The translations under genes and the position numbers were made by a program. The notes under the pieces were generated by a model that saw only the letters and a program-made list of their open reading frames with translations, was not told the DNA's origin and searched no databases. A DNA stretch of 64,000 bases from Eledone cirrhosa (Eukaryota). The stretch lies in NCBI GenBank assembly GCA_964016885.1, contig OZ024743.1:5766001-5830000 (forward strand). Reading direction: 5' to 3'. This document shows, piece by piece, positions 1 to 13,379 of this stretch (positions are counted from its first letter, which is position 1; each line of letters begins with the position of its first letter).

Positions 1-1234
1 CAGAATTACTGCCCACTTAGATGTGTCAGAAGACATCTTGCTTGTACACTCCATTTTTGGCATGGTTTCAATGACTGGATATCCTTAACTCCGGCCACTT
101 TACAGAGTGGCACCAACATTAGATAGGTTTTCAAGTGCCCTGCAAAGTTAAAGAGTCCTTACTATTATATGGTGTCTCCATTTATTCAAGGCAGCATGAC
201 CAAGAGAGTGAATAGAAGAGAAATGACAACAACCAGTATGAGCAAGTGAAGGGAGTGGGAGTATGATGGGGGGGGGGGACATCATATTGGAATGAGGGGG
301 TGTTTTTGTTACTTGTCACACTTGATAAAGACATTGTTTGGGTTCTATATTTTTAGAAGGAGTCAATGTAAGTGTGGTTGTGCATAAACTGTATTAGTGT
401 AGATTGTTCATATTGAAAATGAAATTCAGGCAAATAGATATTCCAGATTTTGGCCACTTTCTGTATATAAACCAACAGGATATAGAGGAAAAGGGTGAGC
501 ACCAGGTACAGAGTATGATTCTAGTCCTGCACTGTGTCTTAAATATAACTTAATAAATCTTATAACTAGCTGTGATAGTTTTAGTTAACTTAAACATGGT
601 AGTTGACAACTGTTTTGAATACTGTATGAATTTCATACAGTAAACCTGGCATTCTTTTTATTTCCTTTTTACATAAAAACATGTCCTTATTTAATATACT
701 AATATAGTTGTATAATCCATGATCATTAATAATTTTTAATTCTTAACGTTTTATATCACATGAAATGACATTAGCAAGGCATTCTTGAAAAATACAAAAC
801 AACACTATAACTGCATAACATTAAAAATTAGTGTTTTGGTTTACTGCAAATTTTCACAACAATCTGTCCACTAGTAAAGATGCTATACACATCTGAATAA
901 CTTAAACCTTTTTAGATATTTTCTACTAAATCATTACATGATGATAAGAATTAATTATATTTTTAATATGTAAAGGACAAATTCCATTTTTTAAATAGCA
1001 TTGACATGTTTTTAATAAAACTTCATGAACTGTCAAAAAGAAAGATTTTTATCACTTTGATTTTTTTCTATCATGAAAAATATCAAAGGGAGGTTTTTTG
1101 CTAATTTTCTTAATTTTCTCTGAGAAGAAAAGCAGGTAATTTGTTTCTTTTCTTTGAAATACATTTGAAGATGCACATAATATATATCTAATGTATGTGC
1201 ATGTTTGTAAGCCTGTGTGTATGTGTGTATGCAC

Positions 1235-1276
<42 letters not shown>

Positions 1277-3694
1277 TGTGTATTATGCTAACATATCTAT
1301 TATAACAATATGCATGTGTTGTCAAAAGGATTCTATTTCTTATTCCTTTCCTAAGTTGCCCATTACTGTGAGAAAATGTTGAAGTTATGGAGAAAAGAAA
1401 AATGGCAATAATTTTTTAAAATATAATATATATTTACTTAAGAGGTTCATTTCAAAAATTGCTTGAAATAATTGCCTCCCTTAGATACACATTGTAACTT
1501 GCTTATAGTTGATTTATTTCTGAAAAATAACACTTATACAATTAGAAACACCCAGCACTTAATATATAAGGATAAGGGGACAAGAAAAAAAAGCATTAGT
1601 TAATATATGTTGACTTATTTCTCATACAGTGCCTTGTATTAGATTTATGAGTGTTGTTAAACATTTGCTGCATTTATCGATAAAGAGAAGCAGCATGATT
1701 TTTTGGGGTTTTCTTTTATTTTTATTTATAATAATCATTTCTTGCCAATATTAAAAAAAATATTACTTTTAATCTCATTTGCTTTTTTTTTTTTTCAACT
1801 TCCCAATATTTTTTTTCCTACAAACTACTGTAATAAAGTATTCCTTCAACACTAATTCATTCTTTATGGATTTTAGATAATTCCTTGCTTATGTACTTTA
1901 AAAAAAAATGATACTGATCTTCACATTTCTTTTGTCACAATTTCAGATATTTTTATGATGATCCATTTAGTTATACATATGCATAAATTAGTACAAATGA
2001 AAGGATACAGTTATCATTTTTCTCTTTTTTGATCATCCTCCTCCTCATCATCATCATTTTACATCTATTTTGTCTATTTCTCTGGGCTTGCTTTGCTTAG
2101 ATGGGTTCTCCTGTTCTGAGGCCAGATATATCAAATAACTACTTCTAGCTCGTGCATTCCATGGTTACTAATGGATGCTCTTCGCAATGCCAATCACTTT
2201 CTGGCATGTACCTGGTGTGTTTTATAGTGGCACTACCACTAGTACCCGCTTGTATATGTTTATGTATAAATGTGTGTGTGCATGTGGACTTACTAACTAA
2301 AAACAAATATTTTCACATAGATCAGTATTTACTTGTTTTTCTTTGCTGCCAGTATAGTTTACTACCTCTCTTTTTGATTCTGTAAAGCTGAATACTCTGA
2401 AAACTCTCATTAATTCTTTTCTTAGAGTCTTCCCTCATATTTTATTATTTTCCTGGTAGCAAACAAGATTTTTTCCCCCCACAGTATGTGTCCTCCATGC
2501 TTGTTGTATGCCTATACCAGTGTAGCTACATATCCTACACAAACTAGCAGATGTCCAATCTCTTTTTGTGTTAAGTTATGTTGGCATATTCAACAGATTA
2601 TACTTAACTGGTTTCTCTTCTGTCTATTCTATATTCAGTTATTCTACATGCAGTAATTCTACATTCAGCATCCCTGTCTCACTTACCATGTACTGTCAAT
2701 ACTGAAGCCAGAGAGAGAAATGTGGGCAACTTGAAAATAAAGAAAGCACTGCTTACACATAGGCTCAACTCACAAATCAACAACAGATTGGAATTCAGCA
2801 CACAATACATGGCATAAAAGGACACCCACACTCATGCTGCCTAAACAACAATTAACACAAGATATTTGTTTCAATTAAATTATACATATGGCTATTGACA
2901 TCATCCTCCTGCTTCATACAGACACTACAGCAGACGTCAAAATATAACGCCTGAATGTGGTTTCTAAATTTCAAATTTAAATCAAATTTCAAAGCGATGA
3001 GACCAGAACATTTTGCTCTGAGAGTTCCCCATACTCCGAGGAAGGGATTTTTAAGTCCTGACTTATAGGATGTAAAAAAAAAAGATAATAATAATAAATA
3101 CTAGGAAATTAACTTTTTTGTTGCCTTTATTTTACCGTCAATTTAATTTTTGTCTTAGCCTTCTTAAACATATCATTTTATACATTATATACTAGACACA
3201 ATGCTTCAAGCAAACTACAACATTCTATTATTGCTTATATAAGAAGAAAATATGTACAATATCTAACAAGCCATATGCTTACTCTTACTGCCACTGATTC
3301 ATGTCCATTGGGTGTATTTTATCTCTCTCCCTCTCTTTGTGCCAATAGAAGTTATTGAAGTCTTCTACAAACTCTCCTGTGAACCAATTCTTATTCATAT
3401 AGACCATCACCAGTTTCTTCAGATTTTGGATTTACCTAATTTAAAAATTTTTTTAATTCATGACCTTTTCATATTTCTTATCTTGCTTTCTTTTTATTAC
3501 TTTGTTGTTGTTTTTTAACCTTCCACCACCATCCTCGCTGTTTGGACATTTCCATTACACTTTATTTACAGATTTCCAACGAACTTCTCATTTTTTCTCT
3601 CTGGAAGGACTCTACCCAAAATGTTAGTCTACAAAGGCAGCAGACTAACATTAGTTTTTTTCAACTTTAATGTTTTACTTAGTTTTACTAATGT

Positions 3695-3990
3695 GGAAAG
3701 CGTGTGGCTTTGTGGTTAGGGAATTCAGCTCACGATTGTAAGGTTGTGAGTTCAATTCCTGGTGGCGTGTTGTGTCCTTGAGCAACACACTTTATTTCAT
3801 GTTGCTCCAGTTCACTCAGCTGGCAAAACTGAGTTGTACCTGTAATTCTGTGTCATTCTGAATCTCCCTGATAACTACGTTATCGGTATGCATGTTTGTG
3901 GAATGCCACTTGCACATTAATTTCACGAGTAGGCTGTTCCACTGATCGGATCAACTGGAACACTCGTAACCAGCGGAGTGCCTTTCATTC
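3695..3990 (+). mobile_element. tRNA-derived SINE
   Basis: A-box-like TGGCTTTGTGG and B-box GAGTTCAATTCC, then a central domain TTGTGTCCTTGAGCAA.ACACTTTATTTCA. A related antisense copy lies at 52275-52432. Confidence 0.75.
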
Positions 3991-4436
3991 CGATCTTTTA
4001 CTTTGTTATATAGTTGAATATGTTATTTTGATGTATTAATTCAGATGAGAGCATAGTATAATATAATGAGTAAACAATATTATTTGTTTATGTTTATTAG
4101 GAAAGTTACTATGGGTAAGTTAGAAATATTATTTGATGTTTGTTGTCTTGTAGGAAAAACAGCTCTCATAGTTAAAACAAATTAGTGAATAATACAATAT
4201 AAAATATAGCAGTGTGTTGACTATGTGTTTTTTAAAACTGATCTTCATAGTTTGATTTGAAAATGGAAGATCATGTTTGTGCTAAATAACACATAAGAAG
4301 CATCAAATTACAATAAATAATGATTGGCATACTAATTATAATTCTCTTTTGTTACAGTACCAATGTCAACAATGATATTTTATAGAATATATTAATACTG
4401 ATTAACAGCTTTTAACTTTCTTATTACAATATTTTT

Positions 4437-6930
4437 CATCATCATCATCATCATCATCAGCATTTTACGTCCGTTCTTCCATGCTAGCATGGGTTAGACG
4501 GGTTGTCCTGTTGTGAGCAGTGTCTGGTCGGCTGACCATGCCTTGCTCATACAGGAACTGGCTTGATTTTTACAGCTGGATGCCCTTCCTAACACCAACC
4601 TCATTTACAGTGAGTGCTGGGTGCGTTTTTCTGTGGCGCCTACACGTCCACTTTACAGTGTGGGCTGGGTTCCCTTTTTTGTGGCACCTCCAAGACCACT
4701 TTGCAGTGGGAGGGTATATTGTCTATATGCTTCAGCTTGTACCCATGGGAGGTCGGGTACTCTGTATTACTGCATGACACCAGAGGTCACGGTCGTGTGT
4801 CATCGCCTTTGAGAGGTGTAATTGGGTAAGGTCGGCTTTTATCACCTCATCCCAGATCTTCTTGGGTCTCCCCACTCCGCGGTTTCCAATAACTTCTAGT
4901 GCTCTGCACCTTTTTATGCAGCTGTCATCCTTCATACGCATCACATGTCCATACCAACGCAACCGTCTCTCCTGCACACAGCATTTGATTCCTCTTATGC
5001 TCAGTCTTTCTCTCAATTCATTTATGCTTTGCCGTTCGCGTATATTACTATTACACATCCATCGGAGCATGCAGGCGCCCAGGTTTCACTACCATGTAAC
5101 ATTGCTGTTCAGATACACGCATCATACAGTCTGCCTTTCATTTTGAGGGAGAAGCCTTTTGCAGCTAGCAGTGGCAGTAGTTCCCTGAACTTCTTCCATC
5201 CCGTTCTTACCCTAGTTATTGTACTTTCTGAACACCCACCTCCGCTGCTAATTCGGTCACCTAGGTAGCAGAAGCTGTCTACTGTTTCTACAGAACCCTC
5301 CCAGAGATTGGTGGTACTTGTTTCCTGTGGCTGTTTGCTGTTTGCTGTCCCAGCACAGCTGCTACATGTGAAGCCTACATTCTTAATTAAGCTTCCTGAG
5401 ATCCCGCTACATCTCTTGTGTACCCATTGTTTGCATTTGGGGCAGAGAATGGAGTTCCTACCTACACCTTTCCTACATACTGAGCAAAACCATTTCCCTG
5501 ACGGGATCTGGGTTCTGTTTTCTAGTCTACTTACAAGGACCTTAGTCTTTGTCGGGTTGACTTTGAGACCCTTTCTTTCTAGTCCCTGCTTCCAAGTTTG
5601 GAATTTCTTCTCTAGTTCTACTATAGATTCAGCTATAAGTGCGAGGTCATCTGCATACAGGAGTTCCCATGGGCATCCGGTCTTAAGCTCCTCCGTTATT
5701 GCCTGCAGGACTATGATGAACAGGAGAGGGCTAAGAACGGAGCCCTGGTGGACCTGTACGCTAAATTCCTCGCTATACTCATTGCTAATCCTAACTTTGC
5801 TGACTGCTCCCCTATACATGTCTTGTACAGCTTTCACAAGCCATTCATCTACTCCTAGTTTTCTAAGAGCCCACCAGATTACGGCACGTGGAACTCTGTC
5901 AAAGGCTTTCTTGAGATCGACGAATGCCAGGTAGAGTGGCTTACTTTTAGCTAGGTACTTTTCCTGTAACTGCCTCACAAGGAAGAGAGCATCAGTGGTG
6001 CCTCTTCCTGGTACAAACCCAAATTGCATCTCATCTAGTTTCACCTGGTCCCTAATCAACTGTGCTATAACTCTTTCTGTTACTTTCATGACCTGGTCCA
6101 CCAGGTTTATACCTCTATAGTTTCCTCTATCTAGTGCATCACTTTTACCTTTGTAGCAGTTGACAATGATGCTACTGCACCAATCTTTTGGTATGACACC
6201 TAGTGTTACCTGGTTAACAATACGTGTGGTTATAGTGTGACCTACAGACCCAGATGCCTTCAGCATCTCGGCAGCTATACCCAATGGACCGGTTGCCTTC
6301 CCCATCTTCATATTTTTGATTGTCTTACTTACTACGCTGCTGCTGACTTGTACTGCTAGCCCCTCTATAGGGTCTACTTGGGGTAGGGTCTCTTCTTCCC
6401 ATGCATTCTCCTCATTTAGTAATCTATCATAATGACTCTTCCATGCATCTTTCTTCTCAGCACTTGTGAGGGCAAGCTGACCTTTATCATTCCGGATACA
6501 CTTCTCTCCAATGACATCACAATTCTCTCTGACACACTGCCTCGCAATCTTGAACACCTGTTTATGGTCCTCACGTTGCAAAACATGCTTGAATTTTCTA
6601 TCCTCTGCTTCCCTCTTAGCTAAGTATACTTGTCGCCTAGCTTCCCTCTTGGTCTCTATGTAATGAACCCTGCTTCCCCTGTTCTTCCATTCTTTCCATG
6701 CCTGTCTCTTGGCCTTAACTGCCTCATCTACCTTATTGTTCCACCACCAAGTCACTCTCCTCCTGCTTGTGGTCTTACTCCAGCCACAGGTCTCATCCGT
6801 TGCCTCTAGTAAGTTATTTTTTAGGAACTCCCAGTGCTCTTCTACATTGAATGTCTCTATCTGTTCTTCTTTACTGTCGTAGGCGTTGAGTAAAATATCT
6901 TTAAATCTGTTACTGGCTGAGAGATCTTTT
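4437..6930 (-). mobile_element. RTE-clade LINE (family A), 5'-truncated and frameshifted
   Basis: ORFs 5109-6755 and 4732-5070 carry RT motifs QFGF, AFVDL.KAFD, HQGSVLSP, YADD and RRLRWYGH. (GAT)n tail. About 40 bp deleted near 5075 relative to the 19.5-21.6 kb copy. Confidence 0.95.
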
Positions 6931-7379
6931 ATATGAAATTATATTCATGACATGAATTGACTATTAGATATATTAAATTGGAGCTATTAATCATTGTAGG
7001 GGAAGGTGGATTAAGATATATGTGAAATTATCAGGAACAACAAAGTTTCTAGGACAAAATAAATATTAACTATTTCTTTTCTGAGCCATGATGGTGAATA
7101 ACATCAATTTATATCTCTAATCTATGTATATCATCAACAATATGTTTAGTTAGGATGTTTATATATACAGTGAAACTTTGGTTCACAAACTTAATTTGTT
7201 TGTGAAGGCCTTTCATCACCTGAAATGTTTGTAAACTGAAACTATTTTTCCCATACAAAATGTTAAGAGAGAAATACAGAAAGAGATATATATCACCATG
7301 GTAACTAACTACACAGCAAGTGATGCTTTCCTGCCAATACTCCAAGCTTGTTGCCAACCATTGTTGCCCACTTGCATGT

Positions 7380-7489
7380 TCATTATTCAACACACCGTTT
7401 GTGAACCAAGATGTTTTATCTTGGAAAAAGTGTTTGTGAACCGATTTGTTCACGATGAGAGACGTTCATGAAGTGAGGTTCCACCGTAT
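7380..7489. mobile_element. Tigger/pogo-like DNA transposon end (relic)
   Basis: Ends in GAGGTTCCACCGTA, resembling a Tigger-type TIR plus TA. No partner end seen. Confidence 0.35.
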
Positions 7490-7717
7490 GAGGTTTTTTT
7501 TTCAACTTTGAATCTTGTTCATCAATATAAACTTGTCAGGTTAACAAATTTCAGGCTGCAACTATCAATGTTAGTTCAATGAAAAATAAGTTTGGTGTAA
7601 TTGTAGCGATACTAGACTAGAGACAAAGAGGTGTCTGCTGCATGCAACAAGTGAGATAGGGCTGAACCAGATTCCTAATGGGTAAAGAAAATTTAGATAT
7701 AAATTCTTCTGAGTAGA

Positions 7718-7932
7718 TAATAATTGTTTCTACTTTAGGCACAAAGCCAGCAATTTGAAGGGAAGGGGAAAGTTGATTAAATCGACCCCAGTACTCACTG
7801 GTGCTTTATTTTATTGACCTCGTAAGGATAAAAGGCAAAACTAACCGTGACAGGATTTGGACTCAGAATGTAAAGGGCCGTAACTTTGCAGTGAAACATG
7901 GTGTCTGACACTCTACCAATGCTGCTAATCTA
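7718..7932 (-). mobile_element. tRNA-derived SINE (family also at 16149, 18444, 40043, 45716)
   Basis: Shared body TTTGCCTTT.ATCCTTACG.GGTC.ATAAAATAAAG.ACCAGT and 3' end GCCTTGTGCC.AAAGTAGAAACAATTA on the minus strand. Confidence 0.75.
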
Positions 7933-8199
7933 TTGCCCTGGTTAGCTAATAATGATGGGATATATAAACTAAGCATACTGCTAGCAGAGAATTGGATAGC
8001 TCATTAATTGAGGTAGACAGAATTACCAAGCTTAGATTAGCGAATGACAACCATTATCTCTTCTTGTGCACAACAATCAGAACAGTGATTTCATTAACAT
8101 GACTGGTGATTTTAAAAGACATGTTAGGTAACACTAGGATGGTTACTCTGCAGTACATGGTGACTATGGATATGGCTTGAGGAATGAAAAAAGATTTAA

Positions 8200-8430
8200 G
8201 AAATACAGTCCACGCTGTAATGTGGCCGTGTAGGCAACACGGTAAAAACCTCCCAGCCCCACACTGTAAATGTGGTTGGTGTTAGGAAGGGCATCCAACT
8301 GTAGAAAACCCGCCAGACAGTCTTATGCGAGCAAGACAACCACTCTTGCCTCAAGTGGGAAAACCCCCGTCCAAACCCATGCAAGCGTGGAACACGGACG
8401 CTAAACCTGATGATGATGATGATGATGATG
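8200..8430 (+). mobile_element. RTE family B 3' UTR/tail fragment
   Basis: Near identical to 28275-28503 and 51500-51726; ends in (GAT)n. Confidence 0.9.
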
Positions 8431-9063
8431 AGTAGCTAGAATAAAAACAGAGTTGAAAAAGTTCAGTTGGAAATGAAGTGATTCTCTCTCCAAGTAGATT
8501 GTATGATTTTCATGTATGAGGTATAATGCTGCATGGTAGTGAGACATGGTCATTGGATACAAAGGATGTGTAAAAGACAGAAAGAAATGAATCAAGCATG
8601 CTCCATTGGATAGGTAATGTTAGTGTGTATAAACAACAAAACAAAGATGAGTTATGAGAAAAACTGAGTATAAGAGGAAATAAATGTAGCATACAATCAC
8701 AGTTCTACACCCACAAAAACAATACTTCATACACATCAGGAATACAGGTGCATGTTGTGATCATCATCATCATTTCATCATTTTACGTTCCTCTTTTCCC
8801 TGCTTGCAATGTAGTAGAAACTCATACAAAACTATTGAAAAATTATAATAATGATTTTCAGGTGCAAGGCCAGCAGTTTGGGGTGGCCCAGAAAATTCCC
8901 CTCTGAGGCACAAGTCTGGGCAAGGTTGTTTGTGGAAGACCAGCAGTTGCCCATGCATACCAGCCCCCCCCCCCCCCAATTTACACTACTGATGTTGTCC
9001 AAAGGAAAGGCAATGACTGACACAGCTTTGTGGAGTCATGTTCTCTTGTTTCTACTGTGCTGG

Positions 9064-9560
9064 TCAGTTCCCCCAACACATCGCTTTGAAAGATATCATC
9101 TGAATGAGCCTTGAGGTGGCCAGTTTCCCGTCACAACTGGGGCCTGCCAGCCTCAACTGTGGTGATGGCCAGAGCTCAGATGGAATAATTCTCTTCATGT
9201 TTGAGGGAGGTAAATCTGGGATGTGTTGTGGCTCGTATTCCACCCTTGTTGTTTCAGCTATAAAGCAGGGCACTGCTGCCCATAACATGGTGGAGAGGGA
9301 AATAGCTAAATAATGGGCCTTGACTGATTGTTTCCTTTTCGTGCCAGTTACTGTCATCAGTCCTCAAACTGCCCCTTTCCTCCAGAAAAGCGTGAGTGCA
9401 TCCTGCCTGTTGAAGGAACCCATGAGGCTGATGCAGTAGGTGTTGCTGGCTGTTCGTTGCAATTCCTTTTCCATTCTGCCCGTGGGGTGCAGCTGAGAGA
9501 TACCGCCTAGGTTGGGGTATAGAGGCTGCCGCTCCTTCCTCACTTTCCTTTTCTTTCGCT
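9064..9560 (+). mobile_element. CRE-like non-LTR retrotransposon 3' fragment (degenerate)
   Basis: GDGQSSDGIILFMFEGGK resembles the GDGKRPDG...PW..GK motif. Downstream sequence is homologous to 12200-12450. Confidence 0.6.
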
Positions 9561-11229
9561 ATATAATTTTTTCCTCTCATTTCCTTTTTTTTTTTTCAAT
9601 ATGCAAACGTTGATGAATTGTAAATTTGTTTCAGTTATCTTAAATTAACCGCAGATGATAACAAGGTTAAGGTCCCAGAATAACAAAACACCCTCGCGGC
9701 CATCATGCTTTATATCAATACCAAAAATTATATTTAAAAAGTGTGTTATCTTCATTTGGTACCCCCGTTTGTCCAGATGCTGAATAATAAAGAATAAATA
9801 TTTTCACTTTCCTAAATGGGGCAAAAGAACATTTATTAAAAGAAAACAAAAAAATCATTTTATTTTACGTTAAATACTTTATTCTATTAAGGGCACTACC
9901 TATAATAAAAAAACAACATTAAAGTAATTATAAAAACAAACAAAACAAGATATTTCCATAGACTTGTTTGAGGAAGGTTTCATTTTTTATTCACCTTGGC
10001 CACACAAATATCCTCAAACCAGCGCCTTCCCATCCCCCCAAAAGTTTGCCGACCCGTCGTAAAGCTAAACAGCTGTAGTAGTAGTAGTCATGTGTGTACT
10101 ATAAAGCAGCTGCCAATTTACAGGAATACTGATTCTAAGCTGTTTACGTTTGTATGTTTGATATTTTTTTTTAATGTGTTCTTATTTTTTAATTTTGCAT
10201 TCAATCAATTATATTCTGGAAAGGATTACAGTTTTGTATCTTCTTTGGCAAATGAAACATAAAACAGCAATGAACATTTGGTGTTACTTTTAAAAACTGA
10301 ATGTTCGGATTATTCATTTCGTTAACATCAGAAATCTGCGCTCGTATGGTCGAACACTATTATTAATCACCAGTTTGGGATACATTTATAAGGTTTGATC
10401 ATACTTTATTATTTACACTTTGTTCTCACGAAGACATTTTAATTCTTAAAAGTATTTTTGCTTGTCTATAAGCAAATATTTTATGTGTGTACGTAATGTT
10501 TATCTAGCAGTTTGCCTTTCCATCCCTGCCGATACAATCATGCCGTATATTAGTCTTGCCGAAGATCCAATTGTTTTTGTATAGAATTGGGTATAAAATT
10601 AATAATATATCATGAGCAATTATTTGTTATACTATTTTATTAAAAGGTAAATGAGTACTTGACGATGAACATTCTCGTTGTTCGATAAACTGATTGAATA
10701 CATTGTGGAGGTTTTAACTTGTACCGCCAAGCAGATTGGCGTGACTGTGTGACAAGTCTGGCTATTTGAATTACAGGTCCAACACATCCGTCGGGATTCC
10801 AGTTTCTGTGAACACAATTTCATTTACATGGTACAAGACACTTACCCGCGGTCCCGTGCATTTGAATAAACCCAGTGACCTTATGATTGCGAAGCGAACA
10901 AATAATGTTTTCTTTATAATGACACTCATATTCAAAATATTTAGAATGAGATTAAAGAGTGATTAAGATATGGTAAAATATTTGAAACAAATAAAGAGTT
11001 GTTAGTTTGAGACATAGATCGGGTACATTTTCAGTTCAGCGGACGAACACTTGTCCCGACAACTGACGTTCAAGAATCATAACTAAGGAAGGATAGAACC
11101 GATATAATCGAGGTAGTAAATTTGAATGAATTCTTGTTTTATCAGTTGTAGGGTCGAACTGTTGGCAACACAATTCACAATATTTCCAAATTAAATTTTT
11201 ATTATTCACAGTTTTATAAATAACATTAC

Positions 11230-11440
11230 TGCCGAGCTCCTCCTCAAGATCGGAACATCAGCACCCCGTCTGAGGAAAGAGACCTACGAGGTGGGGGTAG
11301 CTGTTGCAGCGGGTGTCACTAGCTATTGTCAGCGGGGCGCAGCCCCAACACCGCCTCGCCCTAGGACTAGAGCCCATCACTTTCCCCCTCCCATTCTTCT
11401 GTGACCCTAGAGCCCTTGCGTTTTCCTTCCTTTTACGTTT
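11230..11440 (+). mobile_element. CRE-like 3' end fragment
   Basis: LLQRVSLAIV and a 3' tail homologous to 12290-12530. Confidence 0.6.
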
Positions 11441-11779
11441 TCATAATCACAAAAGACACTTGCATTTTTTCAACCAAAAAATTACGTCATTATGAGGAGC
11501 GAGAACAACAAATTCTTGCTATGAAAAACTCAGGAGACTAATATTCTTTTTCGAACAATCGAATGATTTCCAGCTATTATCTATGGAAAATGGTGTTAAT
11601 GAAAGTAAAACAATTAAACATTACAAATTGTTTATAAATCTTACAGAATGAAAATATAAACGCATAGTCAATACAATTATTGCTAGGAATCTCACAAATA
11701 AAATGCACAAATAAAAAAAATATATACAATCAAATCGAGAAAAAAACAAACAAAAACACACCAATTCACCATCAAATGC

Positions 11780-12060
11780 GACAAACGACCGTCCCTCACA
11801 AGGGTCAACGGAAAATTTCAAGGCAAACCAGCACACAGCATTACCGTGTGTGATGGCGAGGCTAAAGCGCTGAAACAACCAGGTACCCTTACAAGCACCA
11901 CTTGAGAGTCACTGACTGTGGCGTTCCAGATGAGATACCTACCTCTTATCCAAGGACAATGGATAAGACCATCTGGTCTCTTCCCATCAATTCTGGATAA
12001 TCCATCTGGCTCTAGAACTGAGGGGATATTTACCCGAGCTAAAGCCTGCTTAATGATCAG
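11780..12060 (-). mobile_element. CRE-like fragment (restriction-like endonuclease region)
   Basis: Minus strand reads DGKRPDGL..PWIRGRYLIWNATVSD and FQRFSLAITHGNA. Confidence 0.7.
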
Positions 12061-12064
12061 GTTT

Positions 12065-12560
12065 AGTTCAGTGTGGCAGGCAAATCAACCAGCATTCAGG
12101 CGGCAAGACAAACCATACAGGCTTGTGGAGTCGAGGGGCCTACCACATCGACAATTTTGGCCACAAACCCTGGTATTGCAGCCCACAATGCATACAAAAG
12201 GAAGACAAACAAATACTGGGGATTGTCTGGCCACTTCCTCTTTGCACCAGTCACAGTTGAGACTTCAGGCATACCCAGGCCCTGTACTGCCAAGCTCCTC
12301 TGCAACATTGGAATGACAACAGCCTATCTGATGAAGGAGCTGTGTGAGGTGGGGTGGCTGTTGTAGTGGTAGTGGGTGTTGCTGGTCATTGTTCGCGAAA
12401 ATGCTTTTGTGGTCTTGTCCGTGGGGTGCAGCTCCAACACCACCGCGCCCAAAGCCCAGAGCCATCTCCCCTTCCCCCTCCCTTTCTCCTGTGGCCCTAG
12501 AGTCCTTGCTTTTCTCCTCCTTTTTCTCATTTATAGCTTTTATAGTCCTTTCCTCTACTT
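12065..12560 (+). mobile_element. CRE-like 3' fragment
   Basis: KRKTNKYWGL...FAPVTVETSG...EVGWLL, matching the C-terminal F.P.AVET.G block. Confidence 0.7.
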
Positions 12561-12894
12561 TCCCATACAGCCAGATCTGCCCTTCCTTACCCTTTCCCCA
12601 TTTTCTCATTACTTAATTTTGCTTTTACCTTTCTTTCTCGTATATATTTGTCTTTTGAAAATAAATTTTAGTAAACTAGTCAATGATTTCCTTAATCATA
12701 GTGATGCTGTTTCTAAAAAATTCAATACTAAGAACTTTTTTTGGTATCAATGGTTCTACAGTAATGTCTTCAAACTTATTTTGGGTGCATTGCTGAGTTA
12801 ACTCATACAGCCCTTGAACAGATAAAATTCTTCAATGAAACTCTATTATGTCTTCTAAATCTTTCACATTGACATTTTACTTTCGTTTTTCATA

Positions 12895-13140
12895 TGATAG
12901 CCCAACTCTGCAATGCTAGAGAGAGGAAGATAGTCAAATACTGGGGCCTGACCAACTGCTTTCTCTTTGCACCAGTCTCTGTTGAAACCTCTGGTGTCTT
13001 TGGTCCCTGCTCTACTGATTTCCTCTGTAAGGTCAGAAATACAGCAGCCTGCTTGAGGAGGGAGCCTTGTGAGGGGGTATGGCTGTTGTAGCAGGTGTCT
13101 CTGACCATTCTCAGTGGTAATGCTTTTGCCATTTTGTCCA
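12895..13140 (+). mobile_element. CRE-like 3' fragment
   Basis: KIVKYWGL..FLFAPVSVETSGVFGP...EGVWLL*QVSLTILSGNAFAIL. Confidence 0.7.
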
Positions 13141-13379
13141 TCGAACAGAATAGTATTTTATGCAGTGTTTAATAACCTTATATGCAATTCCCAATGTGGA
13201 AAGCAGTTGTTGCATTTTGTATGGCTTTTGCCCTGAAACCTACAAAGAATTTATATGGAAAAGTTACAATAAAATTCTATGTAAATTTATATTAAACACT
13301 ATTAACAATTATATCACTCTTTTGAAACTGCAAGAAGGATTTTTTAAATTATCTATTTGTCTATGTGTGTGTGTATACA

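Noticed and set aside
3695-3775. Genuine tRNA genes here and at 16149, 31073 and 45716
   Set aside because: A/B boxes are present but cloverleaves are incomplete and most run into SINE bodies.
5308-5934. Long antisense ORFs over RTE/CR1 copies (also 20312-20944, 27015-27515, 50763-51263)
   Set aside because: They are shadow frames of the RT coding strand with no domain signature.
8870-9030. Repeat resembling a LINE 5' UTR that might hold an HDV-like ribozyme
   Set aside because: I could not build the nested double pseudoknot from this copy.
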